DNA from: Setoptus koraiensis
Taxonomy: Eukaryota > Animalia > Arthropoda
Reading direction: 5' to 3'
Length of the DNA stretch: 64,000 bases
Assembly: GCA_048013815.1 (NCBI GenBank)
Contig: CM106586.1
Span: forward strand, 1,426,001-1,490,000
Shown here: positions 62,717 to 64,000 of the stretch, piece after piece
Layout: every line of letters starts with the position of its first letter
Position numbering within the stretch: position 1 is the stretch's first letter
The notes under the pieces: generated by a model
Told to the model about the DNA's origin: nothing
Seen by the model: the letters and a program-made list of their open reading frames with translations, nothing else
The model's database searches: none
Position numbers and translations under genes: made by a program

Positions 62717-63314
62717 GTCGACGCCTCTCAATTGGGTTGGTTAGATAAGTTTCTATAGTTATTAGGCTGAGGTCGGTTGTTAAAATTGGTTTAGATCGGT
62801 TTTTGGCTGTTTGTATGTGATCTAATTGGTTTATAACGGTTACTCGTTTGTTTGTATTTGTGTGTTTAAGTCGGCCTGATTTATCTACTATTAATATTAA
62901 TACTCTATGATAATATAGAATTAATTGTTTCAGAAATAATTGTGTCAGTTGATGTGTGAGTGTGTGTGTGTTTGTGGCACAACATCAAGAGTAACAAGTG
63001 CTGGCAAGAAGTTGATGAAGATAATGATAACACGGCGACGATCCGTGCATTTGGCGTGCTCGAATCTAAATGGCAAACAGAAACATTGTGCACGGTGTTA
63101 TATAATGTTAATTTGGTGTTTTTGTGGTTATTATTATTAGTGTCGTCGTCGTCGTTGTCGTAGTTGCTGTTGCTGTTGCTGTTGTTATTGTTGCCTCTAT
63201 GGTTGAATGTAAACTAAATTAATATTATTAATGCTGCTGGTCTTATGGCATATGCTATAGTGACTGTGGCGGGATCTATGGCATTTAACGCAGCTACTCG
63301 ACGGCTTGTTACAT

Positions 63315-63365
63315 TACACACACACACACACACACACGCTCACACACACACAGACTCACACACAG
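63315..63365. repeat. Imperfect (CA)n microsatellite
   Basis: cacaca run with interruptions. Confidence 0.85.
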
Positions 63366-64000
63366 AGCTACTTTACATGCGATGTGTAACTACTATACAT
63401 TAGATCTCTGTTTTTAATCGCATTTCATCGTCTCTCTGTAGCTGGCGTTGTTGTTGTGTTGTTGTCGTCATCGACAATGTTTTGTTGTTGTTATACAAAC
63501 ATAAAGTAAATGATGAAAGAATCGTTGCTGTTATTCTTCATACATCTATTTATCTGGCAACTATACGTTAAAACTTGAACACAAATATAGCATGGAATTT
63601 ATCTATTAACTAGTATGAGAGAGTGTATTTACCTACTAAATGTTTAAGCAAGTCTCGAGACAGCACCGAGTGCCGCCGGCCACAGATCGTCGTGAAGAAG
63701 AACAAGAATTAGAGAGGAAGGTGATGACGGCCATTGCTCACTCAAGCTCACGAACAAACGAACATATTGTTGACATTGCCTAATGCCAACATCAAGTGCT
63801 CACCAATCTAAAAAAAGCCACACGTTCAACTACTTGTTAATGAGCCAATAAGCTGATAATATTAATAATAACAATAATATCACGATCACATAGACATCAA
63901 CGAGTGCCATTTAGATATTTACACAGCAACTTTGTTGTCAGAAACGCTCACTTGAGGAAGCTACTTGGTTTCGTTTTGCCGGCATCAGGCCAATCGGCAA

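Overview
Gene-dense, intron-poor eukaryotic DNA, inferred to be from an arthropod with a compact genome. The chitin deacetylase, Unc-89/obscurin and short GT-AG introns of about 75-180 bp fit a mite such as an eriophyoid, but taxonomy is inference. Genes from left to right: a serpin running off the left edge, an orphan basic ORF, CHMP3, Raptor, a 4-kb AT-rich island (degenerate endonuclease fragment plus a long endosymbiont-like pseudogene), FAAH2-like amidase, RPL35, TM2D3, ERp44, PSME3, an orphan ORF duplicated 15 kb away, chitin deacetylase 2 (vermiform-like), a CUB-LDLa-serine protease, a fatty acyl-CoA reductase, MKRN2OS-like, a LENG8-type SAC3 protein, a fold-back hAT MITE with an 8-bp TSD, tRNA-Pro(CGG), a 17-kb Unc-89/obscurin-like gene containing an assembly gap, and an AdipoR-like PAQR. 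Three observations stand out. (1) The LENG8/Thp3-type PCI domain is fused in one ORF to a tail resembling the GANP/Sac3 CID with a centrin-binding motif, suggesting a hybrid TREX-2 scaffold. (2) A ~560-codon pseudogene resembles Wolbachia/Rickettsiales-type hypothetical proteins. (3) The obscurin appears to lack kinase 1 and the SH3-RhoGEF-PH module and carries a recent 4-Ig tandem super-repeat. All homology calls come from manual translation and recalled family motifs; no database search was run.
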